64,000 bases of DNA, taken from assembly GCF_006345805.1 (NCBI RefSeq), contig NC_043002.1, positions 21,824,001 through 21,888,000 of the forward strand, written 5' to 3'. The translations under genes were made by a program, and so were the position numbers. A model generated the notes under the pieces. That model saw only the letters and a program-made list of their open reading frames with translations, was not told where the DNA came from and did no database searches. Within the stretch, counting starts at the first letter, position 1; each line of letters opens with the position of its first letter. This document shows, one piece after another, positions 23,966 to 35,844 of the stretch. The DNA is from Octopus sinensis. Lineage: Eukaryota.

Positions 23966-24684
23966 ATAGCCACGCCTGGATATCGATTGATTGATTTCAT
24001 GCTGATCGTTTACATCATCACTACTCAGAGTTTCACATTATGTGCGATCCCTCAGATGATAATATGTCGCGCTTATTCTACATAGCAATGAGTGAAACGC
24101 CGACCTTGGATCAAGAATAAATGTACTCTACTACATGTACTGAGTACACACAAGACGCGCGCTCACACTCATGTATACGTGTGGCTGTGTTTGCAAGTAA
24201 GCAGAAAATAGCTTTCCTTTCAAACCTCTATTAACGACTTCTAGTTTAGTCTTCTTTTATTAAGGACTTTTCATATTTTCTCATAAGCCGTTTACGTTTA
24301 GCTGAGAACAATAACATTCCTAAATCCGTTATTAGTCTATTAACGTTTCTAGACTGCTTTGAACTCATCAACAAGATGAAAAAATGATTATAATAGTATG
24401 ATGCTTATCCATTTTGCAGTAGACTGCGAAGGATTATGGGAAACGTTGTTATAACTGCTAGAATCGTCAACACCAGATTAATAATTTGTACAACAGTTAA
24501 GTCCTGAAAGATTTCAAGGATTATTTCATATATTCTGTTTCCCTGCGTTGATTTTGTGTGTGTCTGTGTGTGTTTTCCTTTATAACTTTTATATGTACGT
24601 GTTTAATTTATGTATAAAATTCTGTGTAAAATTATTGTGCTGTCAACTATATTTTTCTAACTAATTTTGTTTCATGCATTAATA

Positions 24685-25127
24685 TCAGGCCGAGTAAAAA
24701 GTAAGCAACGTTTTGAGACATGAAATTCATCACAATATATTTCAATAACGCGGGAATTTTATTCATCAAAGTAAGTACCATTACAGTCAACATATTTTTG
24801 CCAGCGAGTTAGAAATTTGTTTATTCCGGTAACGTAAAAATCTGGAGTACTAGAGCTGATGGACTCTTTGCATTTTCAGCATCGGTTTGATTCTTGGACT
24901 CCTCTCTAGGGGTTTGAAAAAGTGGTAGTCGGTAGGGGAAAGGTATGGGGAATAAGCTGGGTGGGAAAGAAATTGCCATAATGAACAAGAAACTGCTACT
25001 CCTCTGTTCCAGATTAGTCAACAGAAGAGGGCCAATCGTTCTTCACGACAATGCTCGACCATACGTTTCACTAACGACATTCTAGAAGTTAAGGGAACTT
25101 GACTACAAAGTTCTTTCCCACCCACCT
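24685..25127. pseudogene. Mariner (DD34D) transposase C-terminal relic with internal inversion
   Basis: Minus: FPHPAYSPYLSPTDYHFFK...TRWQKYVDCNGTYFDE* with a probable TIR near 24685-24715; plus 24985-25125: LHDNARPY...VLSHPP. Confidence 0.8.
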
Positions 25128-25611
25128 AGATGGGGTTACTGCAGATCCCGCATCTACCATCTCCACACTCTTTTACAAAGAATTCGGTTTTAGTCTCTGA
25201 TGAGAATTTCGCTCTTCTTAGTTGTTTCTTAAGGTTTTTGTCTTGGCGTTTACTGTCTTTTTATGCAATATTTGTTTAATATGTTTCCCATTTTTGGGCT
25301 TTGTAGGACTATTGGTAACTTTGAATGTATGATTTGAAACATGTTGGTAACTCCAGGGTTGTGTGTGTTTATGAAAGGGATGATGTTTTCTTTGTTTTTC
25401 GTTTTTGGAGTTCTGAGTTGTGTGATGTCTAGTTTCATTACTCTTGAGATTCCATTTTTTTATTAATTTCAGTGAGTATTTTTGTACTAGTAGGAAGTTT
25501 TTAAGTTCAGTTAGTCCTATTTGGCGTGTTTGTGAGTCGGTAACTATGCTGCATATGCGTCTTGCCATACTATATTCCGGTACCGTGCACCGCTTCACAA
25601 CATAGCATGGT

Positions 25612-25642
<31 letters not shown>

Positions 25643-26162
25643 AGGCGGCGAGCTGGCAGACACGTTAGTGCGCCGGGCGAAATGCTTAGCGGTATTTCGT
25701 CTGTCTTTACGTTCTGAGTTCAAATTCCGCCAAGGTCGACTTTGCTTTTCATCCTTTCGGAGTCGATAAATAAAGTACCAGTTTCGCACTGGGGTCGATG
25801 TAATCGACTTAATCCCTTTGTCCTTGTTTGTCCCCTCTATGTTTAGCCCCTTGTGGGCAATAAAGAAATACATACTATATGGAATGTTTCTTTTTATGTG
25901 GGATGGGTGGCAGGAGTAGAAATTTAAATATTGGTGTGTGTCGGCTTTCTTTTTTTTTTTGTAGTAGATGTCTGTTAATAGTCCTACAAAGCTCCAAAAT
26001 GGGAAGCATATTAAACAAATATTGCACAAAAGACAGTAAACGCCAAGACAAAAACCTGAAGAAACAACTAACAAGAGCGAAATTCTCATCAGAGACTAAA
26101 ACTGAATTCTCTGTAAAAGAGTGTGGAAATGGTAGATGTGGGATCTGCAGTAACCCCATCTA
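25128..26162 (-). mobile_element. Penelope-like fragment with inverted terminal duplication
   Basis: Minus 25978 to 25128: THQYLNFYSCHPSHIKRNIPYSMARRICSIV...NIIPFINTHNP; plus 25978-26162 duplicates its last ~185 bp (KECGNGRCGICSNPI). Confidence 0.85.
25644..25870 (+). mobile_element. SINE family 1 monomer nested in the PLE
   Basis: Complete head to AATAAAGAAATA tail. Confidence 0.95.
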
Positions 26163-26176
26163 CAAATATTTTTAAA

Positions 26177-26540
26177 GGCGGCGAGTTGACAGAATCGTTA
26201 GCGTGCTGGTCGAAATGTTTAGCGGTATTTCGTCTGCCGTTACGTTGTGAGTTCAAATTCCGCCGAGGTCACCTTTGCCTTTCACCCTTTCGGGGTCGAT
26301 TAAATAAGTACCAGTTACGCACTGGTTCGATATAATCGACTTAATCCGTTTGTCTGTCCTTGTTTGTCCCCTCTGTGTTTAGCCCCTTGTGGGTAGTAAA
26401 GAAATAGGTATTTCATCTGTTGCTACGTTTTGTGTTCAAATTCTGCCGCGGACGACTTTGTCTTTCATCCTTTCAGGGTCGATGAATTAAGTACTAGTTA
26501 CTCACTTGGGTCGATCTAACCGATTGGCACTCTCCCCACA
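26177..26540 (+). mobile_element. SINE family 1 dimer
   Basis: Junction GTAAAGAAATAGGTATTTC at ~26396-26414. Confidence 0.9.
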
Positions 26541-26739
26541 AATATGTATATATATGCCTAGGGTAGAAAAGAATATATGGAAGCTTAACAGTGCTAGCTT
26601 AACTAGAGTGTTTGCCGCTCGAGGCGGCCCTTCCGTTTGCACCCCCACATAAAAAAAGCACATATTGTCTACAGCAGACCTTTTAAAACTGCCGCCTGGA
26701 GCACTCCTTTTTAAGCCTAGTAATCTTTTTAATCTAGTA

Positions 26740-27045
26740 ATCATGCTATCGGTCTCTTTTGTCGAGCCTTTAGGTCACGGGGACATGAAGGAAACAAAAC
26801 GGGTAGTCAAATAGAAAGTGTAAGAAAAACAAATACATGCACACACACACGCGCACGCACGCACACACATACACAATCAGCGCCCTTCCACACAGCTTCC
26901 GTTTCCGTCTACGAAATGCCCTCACAAGGCATTGTTCAGTTTGGGGCCAGAGTGATGGAGACTTGCTAAAGTGCCTCGCTGTAAAAACTGATCTGAAATT
27001 ACATGGTTGCAAAGGGAGCTTCTTAACTACGCAGCCATAAAAAGA
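26740..27045 (-). mobile_element. SINE family 2, old copy
   Basis: CTATCGGTCTCTTTTG...TTCCGTTTCCGTCTAC...CTCACAAGGC shared with intact copies. Confidence 0.7.
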
Positions 27046-27759
27046 CAAATTCCTTAGCTCTCCACATTCCACTCTCAGCTCTGTTGAAAGTTTCGTTCCT
27101 GAATCTTGGCATAAACTTTCACCTCAATCAAAAATATTACAGTAACATTAAAAGATCGCACTTAAATTACTCTGTCTCTCGAGAGTCTTAGTGATAAAAC
27201 TGTCATAACAATTAACGTCAAACTGCAAAACTTTAAGAGTGTAAAAGTCAACAATACACCGATACAAACAAAACAAAACCTTATTTAACACAAACCAGAA
27301 ACTACCTCTCCATGAACTGGCAATAATAAAGAGAAATGTAATTTGAAAATATATGTGGAACGTGTTTCATGTCGTAGACAAAGACAAATGTACTACAAAA
27401 ATATTATTGTATTTTCCGACGTACAAGTCGTTCAAGTATATAGTGTAAATACCTAGTGTAAACATTCAAACCTCATTATCTTTTCACAAGGACGTTTTGT
27501 CCTCTAAAGTTGCCTTGGTGTATAAGTCAACATACCGCTTTGGCTGTAGATTTTGGTCTGAAAACTTCAACTTGTATTCCAGAAAATGTTTCAAATTAGC
27601 AAAGATATATAATATACAGTGTCTTACAGATAAATTCAAACAATTTTTACGAGGCGTAAAACTGGTTATAAAAACTAAAATAATGGTAGCAGACAGATAT
27701 AATATTAATGTACCATTTATTACAACAAAATCATTTGTCACTCAAAATGATCACCCTTT

Positions 27760-29150
27760 TGGGAAATTATTGCCTCAACACGAGAATGATTTTCTTTTTC
27801 CGCAGCTGCCGCAACCTCCAATTTTTGATTTTATGTGTCTTCAAACTTTTGACACTTGTCCTTACTTGAAGTGCGCCCATAAAAAGTAATCGAGAAGGTT
27901 GAGATCTGGGCTATTACTGAGCCAGATGTTGGCCCTCACAAAAAATGGCACCTTCTGACCAAGGAAAGCCTGTGATGCTTTTGGCCCATGACATGGTGCA
28001 GAATCCTGGATAAGCACCACATTGTCTAGCCCAAATTTCTTATTTCTTTATTGCCCACAAGGGGGTAAACATAGAGGGGACAGACAAACGGATTAAGTCG
28101 ATTACATCGACCCCAGTGCGTAACTGGTACTTAATTTAACAACCTCGAAAGGATGAAAGGCAAAGTCGACCTCGGCGGAATTTGAACTTAGAACGTAACG
28201 ACAGACGAAATACATATTTCTTTACTACCCACAAGGGGCTAAACACAGAGGGGACAAACAAGGACAGACAAACGAATTAAGTCGATTACATCGACCCCAG
28301 TGCGTGACTGGTACTTTATCGACCTCGAAAGGATGAAAAGTAAAGTCGACCTCGGCGGAATTTGAACTTAGAACGTAACGACTGACGAAATACGGCTACG
28401 CATTTCGCCCGGTGTGCTAACGTTTCTGCCAGCTTACCGCCTTATTTCTGCACAAATTTCTGTTCCATTCAAAGTAACAGAGAGTTCCTCAGAATGTCTA
28501 GATACTCCTTTGTGCCGATCTTCAAGCCAGACTCAATGAAGTGTGAATTCATAACACTTCCATCACTCGTCACGGCACCAAATACCATTACAGAGCCAGG
28601 ATTTTTTGTCTCAAACACAGGGGGGATGTCATAAGGGTTATATGTTATCACGCAAGAATTTCTTCGACTCACCTCAGTGTCCACAGGAACTTCTCGTCTA
28701 CAAACACGATAGTTTTTCTTGCACCTTGATGTTTGATGAATGACAGAAGCTTCGGACATCTCACGGCTCTGATTGCTTTGGTCTTGGCTGTTAGGAGGTA
28801 AGGTGTCGTCGAACATAGCTAGTCATGCCAAGGTTCTTGTTCACAGCTCTGGACACCATGGAAAGGAACACGTTGCGTTTCTTTGCAAGAGTTGTCATGG
28901 ATGTGGATGGGTTGGGTTCAATCGAGCGTTTGAAGCCAGCGAGAAACAATGGATTGCGTTTGGAATCACTTCAAGTCTTGTGTTCTTTTCTATCAATCTT
29001 TTCCTCTTCTTTAAATTGTTTAAAAACACGATAAACTGTTGCTTTTAAAAGTTTCCTCAACTTGACAGTTTTATTGGCAATGTGTCCGACGTGCGCCAAA
29101 ACAACAATGGCGGAACGATTCTGTTGTTCAATGACTTTCTGTTGTCGAAT
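27760..29150 (-). pseudogene. maT/DD37D-like Tc1-mariner transposase relic
   Basis: HTH-like N-terminus (ATVYRVFKQFKEEEKIDRK), TKNPGSVMVFGAVTSDG..HFIESGLKIGTKEYLDIL, QDSAPCH, WLSNSPDLNLLDY; broken by stops and a SINE dimer. Confidence 0.85.
28052..28441 (-). mobile_element. SINE family 1 dimer
   Basis: Head+body+headless body; junction GAAATA-CA-TATTTC on +. Confidence 0.92.
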
Positions 29151-29290
29151 CAGTTCGCTATTTACCTGAATAATAAAGAGGAAGATTACATTTTCAAGCA
29201 AACAAGGTTTTACAGTTCTGTATTTAAAAGATGAGGAATTACGTACATTATTTACATTTGACGGATATTTGTCCTCGTTTTGTTTGATGA

Positions 29291-29330
29291 GCCTGATGAA
29301 GGATGGAAGGCATATCAGCCGAAACGTTGT
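29291..29330 (+). ncRNA. Minimal hammerhead-ribozyme-like motif (PLE type)
   Basis: CTGATGA-A-GGATG-gaaggcatat-CAGCC-GAAAC-GTT; stem II has one mismatch; framed by 37-bp inverted repeats. Confidence 0.6.
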
Positions 29331-29619
29331 TAACAACAAACAAGCTGAGAACAAATATCCGTCAAATGTAAATAATAAACAAGCTTTTATCAAAAAATGA
29401 AATGCTAAACCTACTAAGTCTACCGCTTAAAATTGGTCTCACTTTATCTGCAAGACCCTGTACTTGGTGTACTGCAAGAACTCAGAGCCAGCTCAACACA
29501 TGAGACGAATTATACGATCACCAAGGGAGCTAGAATTTGGAGGCAGCAGAAATTTCTGAACAGCTTAAAGTTTCGTGATTCAACTAAAAATAAAAATCTC
29601 AGATATAATTTTTTCTACT

Positions 29620-29825
29620 ATAGATGCAAGGCCTGAGACTGTTTTGTGGGAAGTGGTGTAGTCGATTACCTATCCAGTATTTCATTGGTACTGATTTCAT
29701 GGGCTTTAGAAGGGTGAAAGGCAAAGTGGAAGTCGGGCGGCATTTGAACTCATATAGTAAAGACAGACGAAATGCTGCGAAGCGTTTTATTCAGTGTGCA
29801 GACGATTCTGTTAGCTCGTTGCCTT
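29620..29825 (-). mobile_element. SINE family 1, old copy
   Basis: CAAGGCCTGA...GTCGATT...GAAAGGCAAAGT...TTTGAACTC...GACAGACGAAATGC. Confidence 0.75.
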
Positions 29826-30059
29826 AAAAAAATCTCAGAAATAATAATATCAGATAAGGTTCCTCCCGGAACAGACTTGGTGCGAAATATTTAAAATTTT
29901 ACGAGATAACATATTTACTCGGTGATTATATGATAAAAAAATACTGTAAATTTCTTGTACGCAAGTTAACTATAATTTTTAACTGTATTCCTCAGTTGGT
30001 GTAAAAGAGGATGGTGGTTGGAGGTATTTGAAGAAAAAAACTTACTAAAGGAGGTGCTA

Positions 30060-30490
30060 CAGTATAGAACGGGTGGAAAAAAAGCACACGTACGTTGTAC
30101 ATCTAGGAGAAGGTGGTACATGGTAAGTGATGGAAAACGGGTGCACATTTTAGGGCTGGCGAAAGAGACGCACATTGTAAGCCAGAGAAAGATGGTGCAC
30201 AATGTAGGGCTGGAAAAAGTTGGTGCACATTGCCGCCAGCCTGGAAAAAAGAGGAACCTACTGTAGGGGTGGGAGAATGGAGTACATATTGCAAACCAGG
30301 GAAAAGGAGCGCCTATTGTTGGACTAGAAAGGGGCGCACACTGTAGGACTGAGAAAGGGAGTGCCGATTGTCCGGCTAGAAGAAGGGAGCACGCATTACT
30401 GGGCTAAGAGAATGGAGTTCTCATTGTAAGCCAGAGAAAAGGGTACATATTGTAGGACTGAGAGACAGGAGCGTACATTATACGACTGGC
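30060..30490. repeat. Highly diverged ~28-bp minisatellite
   Basis: Roughly 15 units resembling GGGTGCACATTGTAGGGCTGGAGAAAA. Confidence 0.75.
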
Positions 30491-30599
30491 CTAGGGCACT
30501 AGATATCCTGCTACTGGCTCTGCAAGACCCATATACAATCTGGTTACAGAAAGAATACATACATCATTTAAAACTCTTAACTATCACACCTAAGCATAT

Positions 30600-30830
30600 T
30601 CATAGAAAACATTACAAAAACACTAGAATCTAAGACCTTCACATCTACATTGGTATATGAGTAGGTAATTTTAAAGAAAGATACGCGAAACACTAGTCTT
30701 CTTTTCGATACGTAGATAAGAATAAAGCCACAAAGTTAACTAACCATATCTAGGACCTGAAGAGAAACTGTACCCCACATACCATCAAGTAATTGATCGT
30801 GGAGTGATCTACGTCATACATTAATGAATC
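30600..30830 (+). mobile_element. Penelope-like GIY-YIG endonuclease remnant
   Basis: IYIGI*VGNFKERYAKH*SSFRYVDKNKATKLTNHI*DLK resembles the PLE YIG..GEFKxRYxxHxSSFR..ATxLSxHIWxLK pattern. Confidence 0.65.
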
Positions 30831-31429
30831 AATAAGATACAGGCTTTGTGTAACCGAATAGTGTTATATTCTTTTTATATCTAAGAACTCCATGGACCCT
30901 CTAAATTCCAGATCTGAAATTTTTATTAAATGTAAATATGTGAATAAATTTTTTTTGAACTGGAGGCTACAAACCTCTCCAAATTAGGCATGCAGTCTTA
31001 CAGACTTTGACCTTCCTGCCATAGAGTTAATTTACACCAACCATATTAATTCTGATTCGGATGCGCAAACGGATTAACTTGCGATTTTCGTTTTTCCTGT
31101 TTCTTGTTTTCTCATTCTACTTTTGCTTTCATCTTCTTTTCATGCTTACTTGTTTTTTCTCAAAGATCACCGTTCGTTCTCGTTGTATATTTGAGACTGA
31201 AAATTGCTTGGAAACAAATAGCATGCTGCACAAACTTATCACTTCATTTCGTATAAAATGAAGCTAATAACAGCTCGAATTTAAATACTGTTTACATTAA
31301 ACGATATTCATCTCTCACTGGACGGAATATGTTTTTTGTTGATCCCACCAATAACGGATCAGTAAATGATATAAATAATTAAATAAAAGTAAGACGCATG
31401 CAAAACCTTCTCTATCAACCTTTTTGAAT

Positions 31430-32490
31430 CAACAGTGATGCTCGATCCTCCACTGTCACAAACGCCGGAAGAAGTGCTTCCTATTCTGGTCAGTGAATCT
31501 GAAAATGCTCTCAAACTGACGAAAACAGACAAAGCTCCAGGAAAATATGGCATAACTACAGTGATGTTAAGGAGCGGAGGCAAAAACGGTGGAAATACTT
31601 TCTGCGCTTCAATTACTATCTGATAGCTGTGGAAAGAGTTGAATAACATCTCGATTCAAAGTAAGGGTGATAAAGATCTAAGAAACTACCGACCCATATG
31701 CCTCTTGCCTCACCCCTATATTACAAGGACTGTGGTCACCAGGCTATCGAAACATTTCGATGAGCAGCAGCCGAAAGAACAAGCAGGTTTCTATAAAAAC
31801 TACGGGATGATGTATCGCATATATACTCTAACACAGCTTGTAGAATGAGCGAAAGAATACAAGATGCTCCAGTGCATTGCTTTTGTTGACTGCGAAAAGG
31901 ATTTTAATAGCGTCGAGATGAGGACATTGCTGAAATCTCTGGAAATGCAAGGTGTCAAGGAACAATACATCAAACTGCTCAGGGATACGAATTCCGGATG
32001 CACCTCTGATATAGCTCTGTTGTCATCAGATGTAAGAGAAAGGCGTCAAAAAGGTGTTACCGCCTCTCAGTTTTTCAGCGCATGTCTGAAAACGGTCATC
32101 AGAGATGTTGGATGGACAAGCAGGTGGATATCCACCGTCAGTTACTACCACTTGTACTTACATTCACAAATGAGATTGTGGCTTTCTTCGAAGAGGGAAG
32201 AACATCGATTGGCTGCAATGCAAAGTGCTGTGTATAGATCCATGCTTAAAGCATATTTGAAATGGAGTAATTCAAAAACAGAGCGAAATATCGGAAGTAG
32301 AAGTTCCGTTGGGTTTGCAAGGTTCACCCGTGTAGTTGCCGAGTGGTACCGAAGGGATCGGAAAAAGCCACTCAGAAGGCCTCCACAACGATGGGAAGAC
32401 GGTTTAGATCAACAATTTTGGCCAAGATCGAAAAGAATCGCACAATCAAGAAGGAATTGGAAGCGCATTGTGACCAGCGTTATATAACAT
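31430..32490 (+). mobile_element. Degraded RTE-clade LINE (second family), RT fragment
   Basis: DKAPGKYGIT, NYRPICLL, EQQPKEQAGF, AFVDCEKDFNSVE, C-terminal RRPPQRWED; stops and deletions. Confidence 0.85.
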
Positions 32491-32917
32491 CCGATAGTCC
32501 AGTCTTGTCCACACAGAGATACAATGATATACATACATTATGTGTGTGTGAGAGAGAGTAAGAGAGAAGTGTGTGAGTATAAATGATCTGATGCTAGAGG
32601 GTCATTAGATATCGGCTGATGTATATAGGGGAGACAACTAAGCAAATGTTATGAAAAAGGTATGTTAACTGAAGATATGTATAGTCAGTCGAAAGTATAA
32701 GGAGTGACGTTAGCACTCAGAAGATGCTGGAGACTGAACCCCTTCAAATGAGATGCTAACAGATTGTGATGAGTTGTTAATAACACCTGATTTAGGAAAA
32801 CGTGGAAGCATCGCTTATTTGAAATGTTGATAATGATTGATTTGCACTCTCAAGTAACATCTGGTCGAGCTGTCTTATGATGATAATAATAATAATGATG
32901 ATGTTGATAATGATGAC

Positions 32918-33297
32918 GACGGCGAGCTGGCAGAAATGTTAGCACGCCGGGCGAAATGCTTTGCGGTATTTCATCTGCCGCTACGTTCTGAGTTCAAATT
33001 CCGCCGAGGTCGACTTTGCCTTTCATCCTTTCGGGGTCGATTAAATAAGTACCAGTTACGCACTGGAGTCAATATAATCGGCTTAATCCGTTTGTTTGTC
33101 CTCTCTGTGTTTAGTCCCTTGTGGGTAGTAAAGAAATAGGTATTTCGTCCGCTGCTACGTTCTAAGTTCAAATTCCGCCGAGGTCGACTTTGCCTTTCAT
33201 CCTTTCGAAGTCGATCAATTAAGAACCAGTTGCGTACTGGGGTCGATCTAATCGACAGGTCCCCTCCCACCAACTTTCGGGCCTGTGCCTAGAGTAG
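32918..33297 (+). mobile_element. SINE family 1 dimer
   Basis: Junction GTAAAGAAATAGGTATTTCGTCC at ~33127-33150. Confidence 0.92.
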
Positions 33298-33499
33298 AAA
33301 CGAATAATGATTATGATGATAAATGCGAAGAACCTTCTTTATAGATCCTAAACTACATGTACAGCTTCAGAGAACTTTTAACGTATTTTTTGGTCTAAGG
33401 GAAACAACTCTTTGAAGGCTATACGTAAACGTTACCGCTGTCCAAATAAACAATTCTGCAGTTTTTAGATTTAAAAACATTGGTAAGTATAATTGTGTG

Positions 33500-34150
33500 A
33501 CATATGTGGTATATTGCTTACTTCTTCTTGCTGAATCATTAGCACGCACGACAAAATGCTTTTGTGGCATTTCGTCTCTCTCACGTTCTGAGTTCAAATT
33601 CCGCCGAGATCTATTTTGTCTTTCATCCATTAAGAGTCGATGAACTCTGGGGTCGATGTAATTGACTTATCCCCTACTCCAAAATTTCAAGCCTTTGCGC
33701 CTTTTGTAGAACGAAAAGGAAAAATTCAATTGAGCTATATCTTTCCTTAAACGATCATAGATGCCCAGTCATCGGTCGAAGATTTGATAATAAAGTTTGT
33801 AGAGCCTTTAGCATAGTTCACTTATTATTATTAGAGTGGGAAGGCGGCGAGATGGCAAGAACGTTAGTACGCTGGGTGTAATGCTTAGGAGTATTTTGTC
33901 TGTCTTTACGTTCTGAGTTCAAAATCCGCCGAGGCCAACTTTGCCTTTCATCCTTTCAAGGTCGATAAATTAAGTACCAGTTACGCACTGGGTCGACGTA
34001 ATCAACTTAATCCCTTTGTCTGTCCTTGTTTGTCCTCTCTATGTTTATCCCCTTGTGAGCAATAAAGAAACAAGGAACGTTAGTATGCCGGGCGTAATGT
34101 TTAGGAGTATTTCGTCTGTCTTTACATTCTGAGTTCAAATTCCACCGAAA
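33500..34150 (+). mobile_element. Further SINE family 1 copies (33500-33715; 33842-34150)
   Basis: Heads, B boxes and cores recognisable. Confidence 0.8.
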
Positions 34151-34999
34151 TCAAAAATTTTTGTTTATGTTGCTCAAGTTTACTCAACTGCAATGAGCAA
34201 CGGCCAGGTGCTGATGTAGCCTTCTTTGTCTCCATCTCTTTCATCCTGGCTTGTTGAACTCTTTTGTCCTGGTTGTAGAATATAGAAGGGAGTGAGATAG
34301 TGTCTAGAGTGTCCATGTTGGGACTACATATGCACACACACAAAAAGAAAAAGAAAAATAGCGGAAATATGATATGTATACGAATTTTTATTGCAAGATT
34401 CCTGATATAGCAAGCCTATTTTGCTTTGAGTAGAAGGGATGGTAGATGGGGTTAACATCATAAAATTAATTGAAATCCACAATTAATAGGAATTCAATAT
34501 AATTGTTTTATTTCAGTGTCATAATTAAACCTTCATTCTGTTTCCAAGAACATCAAGTTAGTCAATACAGACCATTTGGAAAATGTTCAGTCCATCCTTC
34601 ACACATTGTTTCATTGTCTGTGATATGTGTTTTTCCACCTGTTGTGAGATTGGGGAAAACAATTGGGCTGTAAATCTGTTTACAAAAAATTCTTAATGTG
34701 TTTGTGACTTCAGAGACCTTTCTTCAAGTCAGTTGTTTTTCATGAGCTTTATTTTTTATCAGATCTCTGAGCATCAGACTTTTTGACTGTGATTTAAAGT
34801 CTCAGCTGATCACCTTAACTTATTTTCCTCTTGCACACACACACAACTAATGTGTGTAGAGTTAGATGTGCAACTTCTGTTGTATGAGTCAGAACTCCAC
34901 ATAGATTAACATCATTTGGTCAGCTTCCAGTATAATGGTTAGTCTACTAATGTGCTTAGTGGTGTTACTAGTTATGATATAAAGAGCATCTGTAGGTGG

Positions 35000-35170
35000 A
35001 AGATTAAAATAAAGTCAAGTGTACAAAGTGCCGAGCTCTAATTGTGGAGGGTACCTGTGGAAGGGGTAGACCCAAGGAGATGTGGGACAAAATGGTGAGA
35101 AAGCATCTTGAGCTGCTGGGCTTCACTGAGGAAATGACAAGGGACTGGAAGATGTGGGGATTTGCTGTAC
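35000..35170 (+). mobile_element. RTE-LINE ORF C-terminal fragment
   Basis: VEGTCGRGRPKEMWD...LLGFTEEMTRD parallels the 37016-37375 ORF. Confidence 0.8.
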
Positions 35171-35580
35171 TTAGCGTTCATAATAATTTTTCTATCGCCT
35201 TGGCTTAACAGCCCTAACCGTTTGTTTTTACTGTTTTGTTCTCACTGTCTTGTTCTTGTTACCACTTTCACCCTCCGCAAAAAATCCCAAATTTTATTTA
35301 ATTTGCTTTGCAGGAAGGACTGTTCCAACCAAGTCGTGTCTTGTCCTTGCTTTTGAAATTCAGAGTAGATGAAACAGGGACAACTGAAGAAGGGGAATAT
35401 TCTCTATGTTGCATGTCTTGTTTCTCTGTTTGTTTTTTCCATTGTTCGAAAAAACGTTTGTTTCTATGTTTTTGTTTCTCATTGTGTTCAATGTTTTTTT
35501 TATGCCCTGTACCCATATATGCATGTATATATACATATATATGTATTTAAAGCAGCAGAAAATTCTACAAAACCTGTTAC

Positions 35581-35611
35581 TCTGAGTTTCACGTTGCCGT
35601 TCATCAGACAG
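35581..35611 (-). ncRNA. Minimal hammerhead-ribozyme-like motif
   Basis: Minus strand CTGT-CTGATGA-ACG-GCAA-CGT-GAAAC-TC-AGAG: intact core boxes, 3-bp stem II with GNRA loop; framed by 33-bp inverted repeats. Confidence 0.6.
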
Positions 35612-35844
35612 TTTTTGCTAGAATAGAACCGATATGTCAACAGGTTTTATAGAATTTTCTGCTGCTTTAAAAAAAGCATATTACTGGTATTTGAGTACTC
35701 TTTTTTTCCACCTTGTTTCACATTTATGTGTTTACTCCGGTACATATATATGTAGGTATGTACATATATGTATGTATATATGCATATATTTATATGTTAT
35801 TTATATTATTAAGTAAAACTGCTGTCTTCCACACATACAGGCTT

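Noticed and set aside
24023-24058. Third hammerhead candidate on minus (CTGAGGGA...GAAACTCTGAG)
   Set aside because: The core deviates from CUGANGA, stem II is poor and there are no framing inverted repeats.
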